Source: a virus. Taken from it: a stretch of 64,000 nt of DNA. Shown here piece by piece: positions 1 to 9,603 of the stretch. The notes beneath the pieces were generated by a model that did not search any database, was not told the origin of the DNA, and saw only the letters and a program-made list of their open reading frames with translations. Each line of letters starts with the position of its first letter. Within the stretch, counting starts at the first letter, position 1. The translations under genes were made by a program, and so were the position numbers. Location: IMG/VR virus record IMGVR_UViG_3300031673_000014, positions 17,146-81,145 of that record. The stretch is one strand, 5' to 3'.

Positions 1-1
1 G

Positions 2-187
2 TTCGGTCGGAATAATCTTATTAAATATTTGAAAGATGAAAAAATTATCATGAAATCTAATGAACCATATCAAAAATATCTACATTATTTTAAAGCTGTA
101 GAGGTTGAAACAAGTGTTGGATTAAAATTAAAACCAGTAGCTTTTCAGAAAGGTGTAGATTTTATTTTAAAAAGAATAGGGAAATAA
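2..187 (+). CDS. Antirepressor KilAC (ANT) domain protein, 3' part only (truncated by window edge)
   Basis: Frame 2 reads FGRNNLIKYLKDEKIIMKSNEPYQKYLHYF...AFQKGVDFILKRIGK*, matching the GRN-L...N-PYQ-Y...F...KG pattern of KilAC domains. Confidence 0.75.
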   Translation, partial: FGRNNLIKYLKDEKIIMKSNEPYQKYLHYFKAVEVETSVGLKLKPVAFQKGVDFILKRIGK

Positions 188-199
188 AATTAATTCCTC

Positions 200-228
200 T
201 TGACAACCTATCTAATCGGGTGTAGATT
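200..228 (+). promoter_or_regulatory. sigma70-type promoter with CTAATCGNNTG spacer motif
   Basis: TTGACA-17-TAGATT, spacer contains CTAATCGGGTG; followed by RBS AGGGGGAAT. Confidence 0.75.
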
Positions 229-251
229 TTAGGTATATTCAAGGGGGAATT

Positions 252-1025
252 ATGAAGGAAATACGCTTAGTTGGAAGAGCTAAAAATAACATTTTTCTAT
301 CTATCTGTGAGAAAAAAGGATTATTCACAAATAGGGTGATAGCTGATTACTTTGGTATACCGGAAGGTAAAATAGGAAAGATTATTAATCTGGCTAAAGG
401 CTCTGTTTTAAACTCAAAAGGGGATTACTTAGAGTCATCGAAGATTATAGCAAAAAAGCTAAATCTACTTGAAGAAGATTTGTTTCCATTTTCATTATAC
501 AGCATTGAAGAGACCAAATTTAACCTAGAGATGAACATTGAAGACAGGGTTAAAATTTTAGACGATTCTTATATATTTGACAGGATAGAAAGCAATCAAT
601 TAAAAAAATCTTTAAACGATATACTTGATACAATCCCACCGAGGGAAAAGCTTGCAATCGAACACAAATACGGTCTTAACGGAGAAGAACCTAAAACCTT
701 AGAAGCCGTCGGAATGATCCTTAATGTTTCCAAAGAAAGATGCCGACAAATAATATGTAAGGGCGAAAGGAGACTAAGACATCCTAAAAGAGTATCCAAA
801 CTAATACAATTTATGGATTTCGAGCCTACCGACGGGGATGGAATAGGCTCTAGTGTTATTAAGATAAAAAGATTAAAAGAAGAAATAAAAGATCTTTATA
901 GAAAGGTTTCTTCTGGGGAAATATCCCGAAAGGAATATAGAGACTTTAATAGTCGTTTAAATTGTTTACAGATTATGCTCAATCGAGAGATATTAGAACT
1001 TAAAACAAAAAAGGGGGAATTATGA
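252..1025 (+). CDS. Sigma-70 region 4 domain protein with N-terminal HTH (phage transcription regulator)
   Basis: LDTIPPREKLAIEHKYGL...PKTLEAVGMILNVSKERCRQIICKGERRLRHP is a sigma70 region 4 signature; no recognisable region 2. Confidence 0.85.
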   Translation: MKEIRLVGRAKNNIFLSICEKKGLFTNRVIADYFGIPEGKIGKIINLAKGSVLNSKGDYLESSKIIAKKLNLLEEDLFPFSLYSIEETKFNLEMNIEDRVKILDDSYIFDRIESNQLKKSLNDILDTIPPREKLAIEHKYGLNGEEPKTLEAVGMILNVSKERCRQIICKGERRLRHPKRVSKLIQFMDFEPTDGDGIGSSVIKIKRLKEEIKDLYRKVSSGEISRKEYRDFNSRLNCLQIMLNREILELKTKKGEL

Positions 1026-1180
1026 TAGATATGGCACAGGAATGGAAAAAGAAAATAGACCAGTTAGACGAGAAGATTCGGAACACTGAATCCGGTAAAG
1101 ATGGAAGATTAAGACAATTAAGTGGCTGGAAAGCTAATATCCAATTAGCATATTTAAGATGTTTGGTGGCTAAAGTATGA
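1022..1180 (+). CDS. Small hypothetical protein (52 aa)
   Basis: AGGGGGAAT RBS, ATGA overlaps with both neighbours. Confidence 0.6.
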   Translation: MIDMAQEWKKKIDQLDEKIRNTESGKDGRLRQLSGWKANIQLAYLRCLVAKV

Positions 1181-1608
1181 AAGTAGTTTTTACTCAAGGG
1201 CTCCAAGGAAGCGGCAAAAGTACTTGGGCTAAAATGAAGGCAATGGATCCAGAGTGGAAAAGAGTTAATAGAGATGATCTCCGACTCATGTTGGATAACG
1301 AGAGGTTTAATCCTAAGAATGAAAATTTCATCACTGTTGTGGAAGATCAAATAATAGCTTCGGCAATAGCTTCGGGATATAATATCATCATTGATTCAAT
1401 GAATTTGAATACACAAAGAATCAGAGAAAGGTTTGCTCAGATCTCAAGATACATTCCTTCGGTTGTTTGCGAAATTAAAAGTTTTAGAGATGTACCATTA
1501 GAAGAGTGTTTAAAAAGAGATTCTGTTCGTGAATTTCCTGTTGGAGAGTTTGTGATAAGGAAAACGTATAATAAACATTTTGATATTACAACGGGGGAAT
1601 TGTTATGA
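1177..1608 (+). CDS. P-loop kinase, AAA_33 / T4 polynucleotide-kinase N-domain-like
   Basis: Walker A GLQGSGKSTWA, RVNRDDLR, IIIDSMNL, ECLKRD..R motifs. Confidence 0.85.
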   Translation: MKVVFTQGLQGSGKSTWAKMKAMDPEWKRVNRDDLRLMLDNERFNPKNENFITVVEDQIIASAIASGYNIIIDSMNLNTQRIRERFAQISRYIPSVVCEIKSFRDVPLEECLKRDSVREFPVGEFVIRKTYNKHFDITTGELL

Positions 1609-1775
1609 ATGGCACAAGCCGCAACTGTTTTAATTATTCAAATATTGATCGAATTCTTCCAACAAAAGAAGAAGTTGACTTTCTCTGTAAAGATATCAAA
1701 ATTATAGATAAAGTTGCTGAGAACGCCATCCTAAGCGGTGATTTAGAGACAAAAATAAATCCTGTTGACAAATAA
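1605..1775 (+). CDS. Small hypothetical protein (56 aa)
   Basis: GGGGGAAT RBS, ATGA overlap with kinase stop. Confidence 0.5.
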   Translation: MNGTSRNCFNYSNIDRILPTKEEVDFLCKDIKIIDKVAENAILSGDLETKINPVDK

Positions 1776-1793
1776 ATATTAAAGACTTAAAAT
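1765..1793 (+). promoter_or_regulatory. Promoter of structural (late) operon
   Basis: TTGACA-17-TAAAAT. Confidence 0.7.
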
Positions 1794-1825
1794 CATAACA
1801 TAAATCTAACGGGAGTTCGATAACG

Positions 1826-1859
1826 AGACCTGTTCCTTAACTGGGACAGGTCTTTTTTT
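1826..1859 (+). terminator. Intrinsic terminator in the late-operon leader
   Basis: AGACCTGTTCC-ttaact-GGGACAGGTCT followed by a T run, directly before the protease ATG. Confidence 0.8.
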
Positions 1860-3353
1860 ATGCTTATGATAGAAAACGATTATATTTACACAGAAGCAAG
1901 AATCTCGAAAAGCATTGTCGGCGAACAATGGGAAACTGATAAGGCCGGAAATCCTATTATAATAATCGAGGCTTCTAATGAGGATCTTGACTATGAGGGC
2001 GAACGGGTCCTGAGATCTGCTCTATTAAACAGTAGAGATTACTTTCTTCAAAACGGCGTTATTTCTTATGATCACAAACATCTACCTTCCTCAGACAATC
2101 ACTCATGGGATCCTGAATGGAATTCCGAGAAATATGTAATAGGGAAACCTATAGATGCATGGGAAGGAAAAGACGATAACGGAAAAAAAGTAGTTCTTGT
2201 AAAAGCTGTCCTTTCCCGGTCAAATGCTATTGCCAAAGAGATAATTGGAAAACTTCGCGACGGACTAGAAACTGTTAAAGCTTCCGTTGGCGGTCGTAAA
2301 GTGAAAAAAGCGTTTAAAATGGATACGAACACATATAAAGAAGTACCTACCATTATGGCGGTAGACTGGGATGAAGTCGCTTTGACTTACAAGCCAGTTA
2401 ATCAGTCTCTTGGAGCTACAACTTTATGTCCGAAGGAATTTGTGAAATCTCTTACTGCCGGTTCAAGTGCGAATCCTGCAGAGATGTCCGGGGGAAATGC
2501 CTTACAAGTGCAATCCTTAGAGGGGTCTCCTGTTAGATCCTTAATGACTAAGTTAAGAAATAAAGAGATAAGCAAAAGTAGTGATGCAATTAATCATCTT
2601 GTGAATCTTGGTTACTCGACAGAGAAAGCCGGGAATGTCCTCAAGGTGATATTGAAAAAATATTTAGGAGATATTGTTATGGCAAAAAACGACAACGTTA
2701 ATGACATCATCGATTCCTCCACCGATGAGCTTTTAAAAGCCCTGGAAGACCTTGAGGGCGGTGGTGATGTTCTTATCAAAGGTATTGATAAGATGAAAGA
2801 TGATGGCGTGTACAAAAACCGTGGTGGTCACATGTACATGAAAAAAGCCGATGGAAAATATGAGAAGATGGATGAAGATTCACCTGATTATGACGGCGAA
2901 GATGATGATGATGATGACAATGATGAAGACGACATGGGTAAATCCCTTGGCGAAGAAGTCATTGATGCAACTGAAGTCATCGAAAGTATGGAAAAATCAA
3001 TCAAAAAACTTGTTGGAATGGTTGAATCCCTTTCGACAACTGTTGAAAAACAGAGTTCTTTGATGAAATCTATTGGGGCTGTTACTGCCGAAGATTCTGT
3101 TTTGATTAAATCAATTGCAGGAACTCCGCAACCGAGACAGACAACCAATGGGTTAAAAGTTGAACCAAGATTTCAAAAATCTCAGGTAGACGCGCTGATG
3201 AAAGTAACAACTGAATCGTTGATCAAATCAATGATTGATGCAGATATTGATGGAAACACAATGGCTGCGGCAAACCTTGCTTTCAGAAAAGGCGGAATTC
3301 AGGCTGTTGTGGCCAACGTTCCCCGAGTTGCTGAACTGCTGGTGAAGGAGTAA
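1860..3353 (+). CDS. Prohead protease fused to scaffolding protein
   Basis: N-half with ASNEDLDYEGE, SYDH, ASVGG and EVALT-PVN protease-like motifs; acidic coiled C-half; directly upstream of capsid gene. Confidence 0.8.
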   Translation: MLMIENDYIYTEARISKSIVGEQWETDKAGNPIIIIEASNEDLDYEGERVLRSALLNSRDYFLQNGVISYDHKHLPSSDNHSWDPEWNSEKYVIGKPIDAWEGKDDNGKKVVLVKAVLSRSNAIAKEIIGKLRDGLETVKASVGGRKVKKAFKMDTNTYKEVPTIMAVDWDEVALTYKPVNQSLGATTLCPKEFVKSLTAGSSANPAEMSGGNALQVQSLEGSPVRSLMTKLRNKEISKSSDAINHLVNLGYSTEKAGNVLKVILKKYLGDIVMAKNDNVNDIIDSSTDELLKALEDLEGGGDVLIKGIDKMKDDGVYKNRGGHMYMKKADGKYEKMDEDSPDYDGEDDDDDDNDEDDMGKSLGEEVIDATEVIESMEKSIKKLVGMVESLSTTVEKQSSLMKSIGAVTAEDSVLIKSIAGTPQPRQTTNGLKVEPRFQKSQVDALMKVTTESLIKSMIDADIDGNTMAAANLAFRKGGIQAVVANVPRVAELLVKE

Positions 3354-3357
3354 TAAG

Positions 3358-4791
3358 ATGGATGTAAACAATTTTGCAACAAGCAATTACGGGTTTGGCG
3401 GTGGCGTAGGAGTTGGTAATATTGATGCTGAAGCATTGAATAAAGCTCTTACTGCCGGTGATTCTGCTAATCCTGCCGCAATGGGAACTGGTGGTAATAC
3501 CCTTCAGTTCGAGTCACTTGAATCTCAGCTTATTTCGGCTCTTGCTGAAAGAGTAGAAGATTTTAAACTGATGAAGATGCAACCTAAAAACAAGGTCGGA
3601 TCTACTGTTCATCAGTACACACAGGCAACTAACTCAGGAGAGTATGAAGGGCTCGGTACTGCCGAACTTGGCGATCCCATTGAGTCAACGTCTGTATTCG
3701 CTAGAAATACTCGTAATGTGAAGTATTTCCAGACAAAAAGAGAAGTTTCAATTCAGGCTCAGTCATTAAGCCCTGTAATCGGCGGTGCGGCTGAAGCAAC
3801 CGAAGAAAGACTTGGAACACATGTTATGTTGAAAGGTACAGAGTACTATTGTTTCCATGGAAACGAAGCGGTTTCTCCAAACCTTCCAAGTGGGTATCCT
3901 GCACAGATTAGAGCTGAAGCTCCAAACAATGTTTTTAACATGAATGGACTGAAAGTTTCTGACGCTGGCGGTGAGGCTGTTATAGAAGCTGCAATCGGTT
4001 CTATTTATGAGCTCGGTGGTGAAGTATCAGATATGTTCTTCCCCCCTTCCATTGCTAATGACTGGCAGAATCTTTTAAAAGACAGATACCGATACAATTC
4101 TGGTGACAAAACAGCCGGAACAAAATTGACTACTTTTCAGTCAATGTACGGTCGAGACATTTGGATCTCTGGTAGAGCCGGAATCGACAAAATGTATAAG
4201 ATCAAAACAAGGCCTGTAGCGTCTTCTTTGACGACTTTAAGACCTACAGCTCCGACTTTCGCTCTCGCTGCTCAGGCTTTAACGGCTCCCGGAACTCCCG
4301 GTTTTGTAACTGCTACTGCAGGAACTTACCGATATACAGTTTTTGCTGTTGATGCAAGTGGTCTAGTTTCTGCCGCCGCTGCCGAGGCGAATCTCGCTCT
4401 TACTGCCGGTCAGGAAGCAAAAATAACAATCACTCCCGGTATTGCTCCTTTGGCAACTGGTTATATTGTTTGTCGTGGAAAGAAAGACGTTACTACAGGA
4501 ACTGATGTTCGTGAAATGTATAGAGTCGCTGATAGTGGTGCTGCTACTACTGTAACTCTTGATCAGAATGCTGAACTTCCGGGAACTGCAGAAATGCTTC
4601 TTCTTTCTTCTGAAGGCGTTGAAAACTCTTATCAGTGGGATTCGTTCCTTGATCTTAGAAGATTCAACCTTGGGCCAACAAGAGCGTCAATTCCTTTCCT
4701 ACTCTTATGGTATGGAACACCTGACCTGAAGATCGCCAACTTTAACGGGATCATCAAAAACGTCGGACACAGTGGTATTGACTGGTTCTAA
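3358..4791 (+). CDS. Major capsid protein
   Basis: 477 aa after protease; KALTAG...LQFESLE N-terminus and EYYCFHGN motif resemble SPO1/A511-type capsids; followed by terminator. Confidence 0.85.
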   Translation: MDVNNFATSNYGFGGGVGVGNIDAEALNKALTAGDSANPAAMGTGGNTLQFESLESQLISALAERVEDFKLMKMQPKNKVGSTVHQYTQATNSGEYEGLGTAELGDPIESTSVFARNTRNVKYFQTKREVSIQAQSLSPVIGGAAEATEERLGTHVMLKGTEYYCFHGNEAVSPNLPSGYPAQIRAEAPNNVFNMNGLKVSDAGGEAVIEAAIGSIYELGGEVSDMFFPPSIANDWQNLLKDRYRYNSGDKTAGTKLTTFQSMYGRDIWISGRAGIDKMYKIKTRPVASSLTTLRPTAPTFALAAQALTAPGTPGFVTATAGTYRYTVFAVDASGLVSAAAAEANLALTAGQEAKITITPGIAPLATGYIVCRGKKDVTTGTDVREMYRVADSGAATTVTLDQNAELPGTAEMLLLSSEGVENSYQWDSFLDLRRFNLGPTRASIPFLLLWYGTPDLKIANFNGIIKNVGHSGIDWF

Positions 4792-4798
4792 AAATAAC

Positions 4799-4820
4799 AA
4801 GAGCCCTTCGGGGCTCTTTT
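4799..4820 (+). terminator. Intrinsic terminator after capsid gene
   Basis: AAGAGCCC-TTCG-GGGCTCTT-TT. Confidence 0.85.
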
Positions 4821-4832
4821 AGGAGAAAAATA

Positions 4833-5324
4833 ATGAGTTACAAAGATAAACTTATAAAAGCTTTTCCCGTATTCAGTCATTTATTGAAAAACCCTCTCAT
4901 AAAATCAGCTACTATAGCTGGTGGAGCTGCAGGGGCTTTGACTGTAACCGGGATTAAGAAAGACGATGAGATCGTAAGTGTTGTGAACGTAAGCGGAAAT
5001 ACTCAGGTTCTTGCCGCTGGTGGTGCTGCCGGAGATTTAACGGCGACTGGAGTCTCTGCTGGTGATGTTCTAAAGAGTGTTATTAATTTAACAGATTTAA
5101 CAGATGTTACCTCCGAGTTCTCAATCACAGCGGATGATACGATAAATAACACTGGCGGAACAGCTACAACGGGAGACGTTCTACTGGTTGTTTTTGAAAA
5201 AGCAAAATCTGACTTGGCTTCTGAATTTATTGTTACTGCGGATAATACCGTAAACAATACCGGGGGAACTGCTACAACTGGCATGACTCTGCTCGTAACA
5301 TGGCTCCAATGGGCTATAAGATAG
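4833..5324 (+). CDS. Putative head decoration protein
   Basis: Gly/Ala/Thr-rich with internal duplication (AGGAAG-LT-TG x2; SEF--TAD-T-NNTGGTATTG x2), next to capsid. Confidence 0.55.
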   Translation: MSYKDKLIKAFPVFSHLLKNPLIKSATIAGGAAGALTVTGIKKDDEIVSVVNVSGNTQVLAAGGAAGDLTATGVSAGDVLKSVINLTDLTDVTSEFSITADDTINNTGGTATTGDVLLVVFEKAKSDLASEFIVTADNTVNNTGGTATTGMTLLVTWLQWAIR

Positions 5325-5335
5325 AATAGGGGGAA

Positions 5336-5683
5336 ATGATGGATTTAAAAGTATTGAGTATTGATGAAATGAAATCTTTAGCTGATGATTTTAAAATTAA
5401 ATATCATCCGGCTATCGGAGAAGATAAACTTCTTGAGAAACTCGAAAGACATGTTGAGGAAAACCCCGGATGCCTCGGAGAAGATGAAGAGGTAAAAGCT
5501 AAACCGATTGAGCCAGTGAAAACACCGGCAAAAAAAGGTAAAGTTAAAATCAAGTCTCAATTTTTTGGAAAAATATCTTCTTCTTTCGGAGTGATAGACT
5601 TCGGAGAAGACGGGATTGCAGAAGTTGAACCGGAAGTAGCAGAACATTTCTGTAGTCTTCCAGTAGGATATGAAAAATGTTAA
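5336..5683 (+). CDS. Hypothetical virion/packaging-associated protein
   Basis: Position in head module; GGGGA RBS; helical N-terminus. Confidence 0.55.
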   Translation: MMDLKVLSIDEMKSLADDFKIKYHPAIGEDKLLEKLERHVEENPGCLGEDEEVKAKPIEPVKTPAKKGKVKIKSQFFGKISSSFGVIDFGEDGIAEVEPEVAEHFCSLPVGYEKC

Positions 5684-6741
5684 TAGCTACAAAAAGTGGC
5701 ACAAACATAATTTTAAAAATCTCAAATGCAGTATCTTTCGTATTATCTCGAAAGGTTAATACTGGATCGTGGGAAGACTGGGACGGCTCCTCATGGGGAG
5801 GCGTTCCCGTTTCTTTATCCATAACAAATTTTACAGATTACGATTTGTCAGATGGAATCTATCAGTATAGATATACAACAACAGAAATCGTTTATTCAAA
5901 CTGTATAGCCATAGGCTCTGATGCTGTTGGTTGGACTTTTGAAAACTATATAGTACCTGATGGTCAATTCGGTGAAATCCTGACTGCAGATGATGTTAAA
6001 TACTCATTTATGTGGGGACAGGCTTTTCTTGCTTCCAACGGTGATGTATGGAGTGATGCTCAGACTAGAACGATGATCAAGTGGGCTGTAAAACAATTAG
6101 AAAAGAAATTAAACATAGATATATTCCCACGTGAGTATTTCTGTGATGACATAACAAACGACGCTATAGATGAGTCAGAATACGTTAAAAAAGAATTTCC
6201 ATATCCTAACAGGAGAAAAAGGAAATACACTATTGTATCGCGACATAGGCCGGTCAGGGAAGTTACCCGGCTCGATATGTACGCTCCGACTGACGATAAA
6301 ATATTAAATCTTCTCCAGTGGTTAAGAATAGACCGAAGAAACGGGAAATTCAGAATATATCCAAGGCAGGGGAAAATACAGAGTTTTACTTCAAATTCCT
6401 ATCCATGGATGAGACTGCTCGATATGTATGATTATCCCGATGCTTTTCATATAGACTATACTACTGGCTACAAAACAGCCGATCTTATCCCGGATGATTT
6501 AAGGGATATAATTGGAAAGATAGCAACTCTTAAAATGTTAAATGTGATCGGTGACGGTTTATTAGCTGGTTTTTCTTCATCTTCACTGTCTTTAGACGGA
6601 ATGAGCGAATCTTTTAGTTCTACTCAGTCGGCAACGTCGGCCTATTATGGGGCAAGGCTGGCTGTGTATAAAAAAGAAGTGGAAGAATACATCGACGAAA
6701 ATAAAAACAAATACGGAAATTTCTTAATAGGTAGTTTCTAA
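5677..6741 (+). CDS. Head-tail adaptor (neck) protein
   Basis: IDYTTGY...IPDDL, S-SLDGMSES-S motifs typical of head-completion proteins; position. Confidence 0.65.
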   Translation: MLIATKSGTNIILKISNAVSFVLSRKVNTGSWEDWDGSSWGGVPVSLSITNFTDYDLSDGIYQYRYTTTEIVYSNCIAIGSDAVGWTFENYIVPDGQFGEILTADDVKYSFMWGQAFLASNGDVWSDAQTRTMIKWAVKQLEKKLNIDIFPREYFCDDITNDAIDESEYVKKEFPYPNRRKRKYTIVSRHRPVREVTRLDMYAPTDDKILNLLQWLRIDRRNGKFRIYPRQGKIQSFTSNSYPWMRLLDMYDYPDAFHIDYTTGYKTADLIPDDLRDIIGKIATLKMLNVIGDGLLAGFSSSSLSLDGMSESFSSTQSATSAYYGARLAVYKKEVEEYIDENKNKYGNFLIGSF

Positions 6742-7823
6742 TGGCTAATGCAGGACTCGGAGAAATAACACCAGTAAAACTTCAACTCTCAAGAGAAAAC
6801 TTTAACGCTTTAATAGGTCGTCATTCACAGCCTATACGGTGGCTTATTTCAGAAAAATGTCCTTGTGTACAGAATAACCTTAAAGTTGACGAGAACTGCC
6901 CTTTATGTAAAGGGAACAGCGTTATTTACAACAATCCAACGGGATCATTAAGAGTTGAATCTTTAAAAGCTCCCATTGACGGCGTAATTGATCAAACGAA
7001 TATTATATGGGTCCGGGACTTTTCCGGAAATGATTATCCGGTAACAACTCAAGATTGTATGGCTTATGTTACAGGGGTTAAAAAAGGGCAGGTTTATCAG
7101 GTTAAATATACCGAAGAAGTGAATTTGTCCGGTTCAGGAATAGCCGAATATATCGCGGATAAATTATATAAAATAGATATTCCGACATTGGTAGAGTTCG
7201 ATACTGTCCAGGGATCTATTTTGTCAGTGAGTGCCGTTGCTAATGGGTCTCCATTAACAGTGTCAACAATCTTTAGAAATTGCTTTGAGATAACCGATAC
7301 AATTTTACCGGCTGATGAAGTGACGGTCACTTATGAATATATCAATCCCTTCAAGTTTGCTTTGATTCAAAATAATTTTACTAAAACAGACCAGAAATTT
7401 CTCTCAGATATAGGGGGAGATGGAATATTGATATTCCCTCAGAGATGGGAAGTATACGAAAAGGATATTATAGTTGCTCTTAATGCAAGCCAAATAAAAA
7501 AGACTGTTTTCAGGTCCACAGGGGTAATTGATACATTGCCCTCTTTTTATCCTTACGAACTTAAGAGCGCTTATGTTCTCCGGGCAGGGGTGAAATACCC
7601 ATTTGAGCCGGGTGTTGATTTTGTTTTATATAGTGGAAATAAAATAAAATGGATCGGGGACGCTCCGACTGATAAAGAACAAGTAAGTATTTCATATTCA
7701 TATAATGTTGTTTACAGAGTCATGAGTGAATCTCCTGCTCCAAGAACAAGCGAAGATAACAGGTTTCCAAGAAAGGTTGCCCTTAAATTAGTTACCGATT
7801 TTAACGGCCGGGAGGGTTTCTGA
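6741..7823 (+). CDS. Head closure / neck protein
   Basis: W....CPC.....CPLCKG motif typical of SPO1-like neck proteins; position. Confidence 0.6.
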   Translation: MANAGLGEITPVKLQLSRENFNALIGRHSQPIRWLISEKCPCVQNNLKVDENCPLCKGNSVIYNNPTGSLRVESLKAPIDGVIDQTNIIWVRDFSGNDYPVTTQDCMAYVTGVKKGQVYQVKYTEEVNLSGSGIAEYIADKLYKIDIPTLVEFDTVQGSILSVSAVANGSPLTVSTIFRNCFEITDTILPADEVTVTYEYINPFKFALIQNNFTKTDQKFLSDIGGDGILIFPQRWEVYEKDIIVALNASQIKKTVFRSTGVIDTLPSFYPYELKSAYVLRAGVKYPFEPGVDFVLYSGNKIKWIGDAPTDKEQVSISYSYNVVYRVMSESPAPRTSEDNRFPRKVALKLVTDFNGREGF

Positions 7824-8677
7824 TGATGACATTGTCAATTGTCCCTACCGATCCAGTTTTAATTGAATTGATAGGCGCTCTCGGAGGAATTGGATCAAAC
7901 GGTGGTCTTAGGTATACCGAAAGGGCTGTAGAAAAACTATCCTCAAATATTGCCTGGGCTTGGCAGCAAACCGTAGGATCTAAACATGTGATCGAAAAAA
8001 AGAAACTTACTCCATTTTCTCATGCTGTATTTTCCCGAGATGATGTTGTTCATTGGTTAGAATATGGACTTAAGCCATTTGATATGAAAATGACTCACCC
8101 TTTCGGAAAGAAGTCGAGAGTTGTTAAACCCCGTAAAGGATCAGGCGGAAAGGTAATATCATCATGGACTCAGACCAGAAAAGACGGAAGTACTTATACT
8201 GTCCATGCCGGAGATCCTTATTTAATAATCCCTATGAGACATAAAACTGCAGGACAAAAGAATAAAGAGGGAGATACAACAAGCCCTAGAACATTGTCTG
8301 ATGTATATTCAAAAGTTCAAAAAGGAATGAAAGATCCTTCTTTTGAGAGAAGTTTCGTTACTACTTCTCCAAGTAAAAGCGATAAAATAGAGCCAAATTA
8401 TTGGAAAGTGGCCGTAAATAGAGCTAAATATTCTTGGGGTACAAGATTCTCATTCCCGGAAGATGATACTTTTAAAAACCTACGAGGTATGGTTGTAATG
8501 GGAGAGAAAGGGGATAGTCAGTTTATGACCTTTAGAGTTGTTTCTGTGAACTCTCCGTCAAGTGCATGGATGCACCCCGGAATTAAAGCAAGGCATAACC
8601 TTGCCAATATTCTTGAGCGAGGCCGGGAAACAATGCAGGGAGTTATTGAAGATGCTCTGCGGAGGGATTTTAGATGA
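7823..8677 (+). CDS. Neck / tail completion protein
   Basis: LEYG..PFDMK, YLIIPMRH, FMTFRVVS..S...WMHPG motifs. Confidence 0.6.
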   Translation: MMTLSIVPTDPVLIELIGALGGIGSNGGLRYTERAVEKLSSNIAWAWQQTVGSKHVIEKKKLTPFSHAVFSRDDVVHWLEYGLKPFDMKMTHPFGKKSRVVKPRKGSGGKVISSWTQTRKDGSTYTVHAGDPYLIIPMRHKTAGQKNKEGDTTSPRTLSDVYSKVQKGMKDPSFERSFVTTSPSKSDKIEPNYWKVAVNRAKYSWGTRFSFPEDDTFKNLRGMVVMGEKGDSQFMTFRVVSVNSPSSAWMHPGIKARHNLANILERGRETMQGVIEDALRRDFR

Positions 8678-9417
8678 TCGTAGCATATAGTTATATTCCA
8701 GTAATAGAAGAGATATTAATCGAAAGACTCACGAAATTCTTAATGGAAGATTGTAAATGGGCTGATCAGTTCCCGAATTTCCCACAAGTAAGGATTTCCA
8801 ATGAGTACCCATGGGTGCCTTATATGGCTTCGGAAGAATTTTTTACTAATGGGTGGCTGGATCTTAATAAAGTATCTGAGACTCTTTTCCCGAGTGCGAC
8901 TATTGTTACAAGTGCCGATTCTAAGTCTCCACAGTTATATGTTTCAATGAAGCCGACTACATTGGAAAAAACAGAAGTCACCGCTTTTAAAGCTCAGGCT
9001 GCTTTAGATGGATATTTGATATCTCCTGCGGCTTTAACTGAGATAGATACTCATTTTGTGACAAACGATTCTTTGAATGGTGTAAACATTGTATATCAGC
9101 GACGAGATACAATAAATATTGATATTACAACCGACGATCAGACAAATATTAAGAATAGATTGTACGATTTGATCAGTCTCTTTCTTATAGGTCATGGAAA
9201 TGTAGAGCTGAAAACTGATCTTGATATTGCCATTATTGAAAGTAGTGTAAATGGATCCCGGTCTGGTGTATATAATAATGATTTTGGTAGAGTCTTGAGA
9301 GGTGCGTCAATTCAGTTCAATGTGGATTATAAAATCTCTCAAGTTTTTTATAATACTGATTCTGGATTAATTGACAGTGTTTTAATCGATCATGAAGTTT
9401 CAGTCGTTGGAGGATGA
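8674..9417 (+). CDS. Putative tail terminator protein
   Basis: Position just upstream of sheath; coupled overlap. Confidence 0.5.
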   Translation: MIVAYSYIPVIEEILIERLTKFLMEDCKWADQFPNFPQVRISNEYPWVPYMASEEFFTNGWLDLNKVSETLFPSATIVTSADSKSPQLYVSMKPTTLEKTEVTAFKAQAALDGYLISPAALTEIDTHFVTNDSLNGVNIVYQRRDTINIDITTDDQTNIKNRLYDLISLFLIGHGNVELKTDLDIAIIESSVNGSRSGVYNNDFGRVLRGASIQFNVDYKISQVFYNTDSGLIDSVLIDHEVSVVGG

Positions 9418-9601
9418 ATTGAAAGAAGATAAAAAAGATCCTGTAAAGGATCTAAGAACGTATCCCGTTAAGGAGTATTTAAAAACTACTACCCGAAAGG
9501 ATGCTGTTAAAAAGATGATGATGGATCTTTTCATCGGTCAATCAAGAACGATGGAAGAATGGGCAATTGCAGACAAACATATAAATGAAGGGAGGTGCTA
9601 A
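9392..9601 (+). CDS. Small hypothetical protein preceding sheath
   Basis: ORF track; typical position. Confidence 0.5.
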   Translation: MKFQSLEDELKEDKKDPVKDLRTYPVKEYLKTTTRKDAVKKMMMDLFIGQSRTMEEWAIADKHINEGRC

Positions 9602-9603
9602 AA

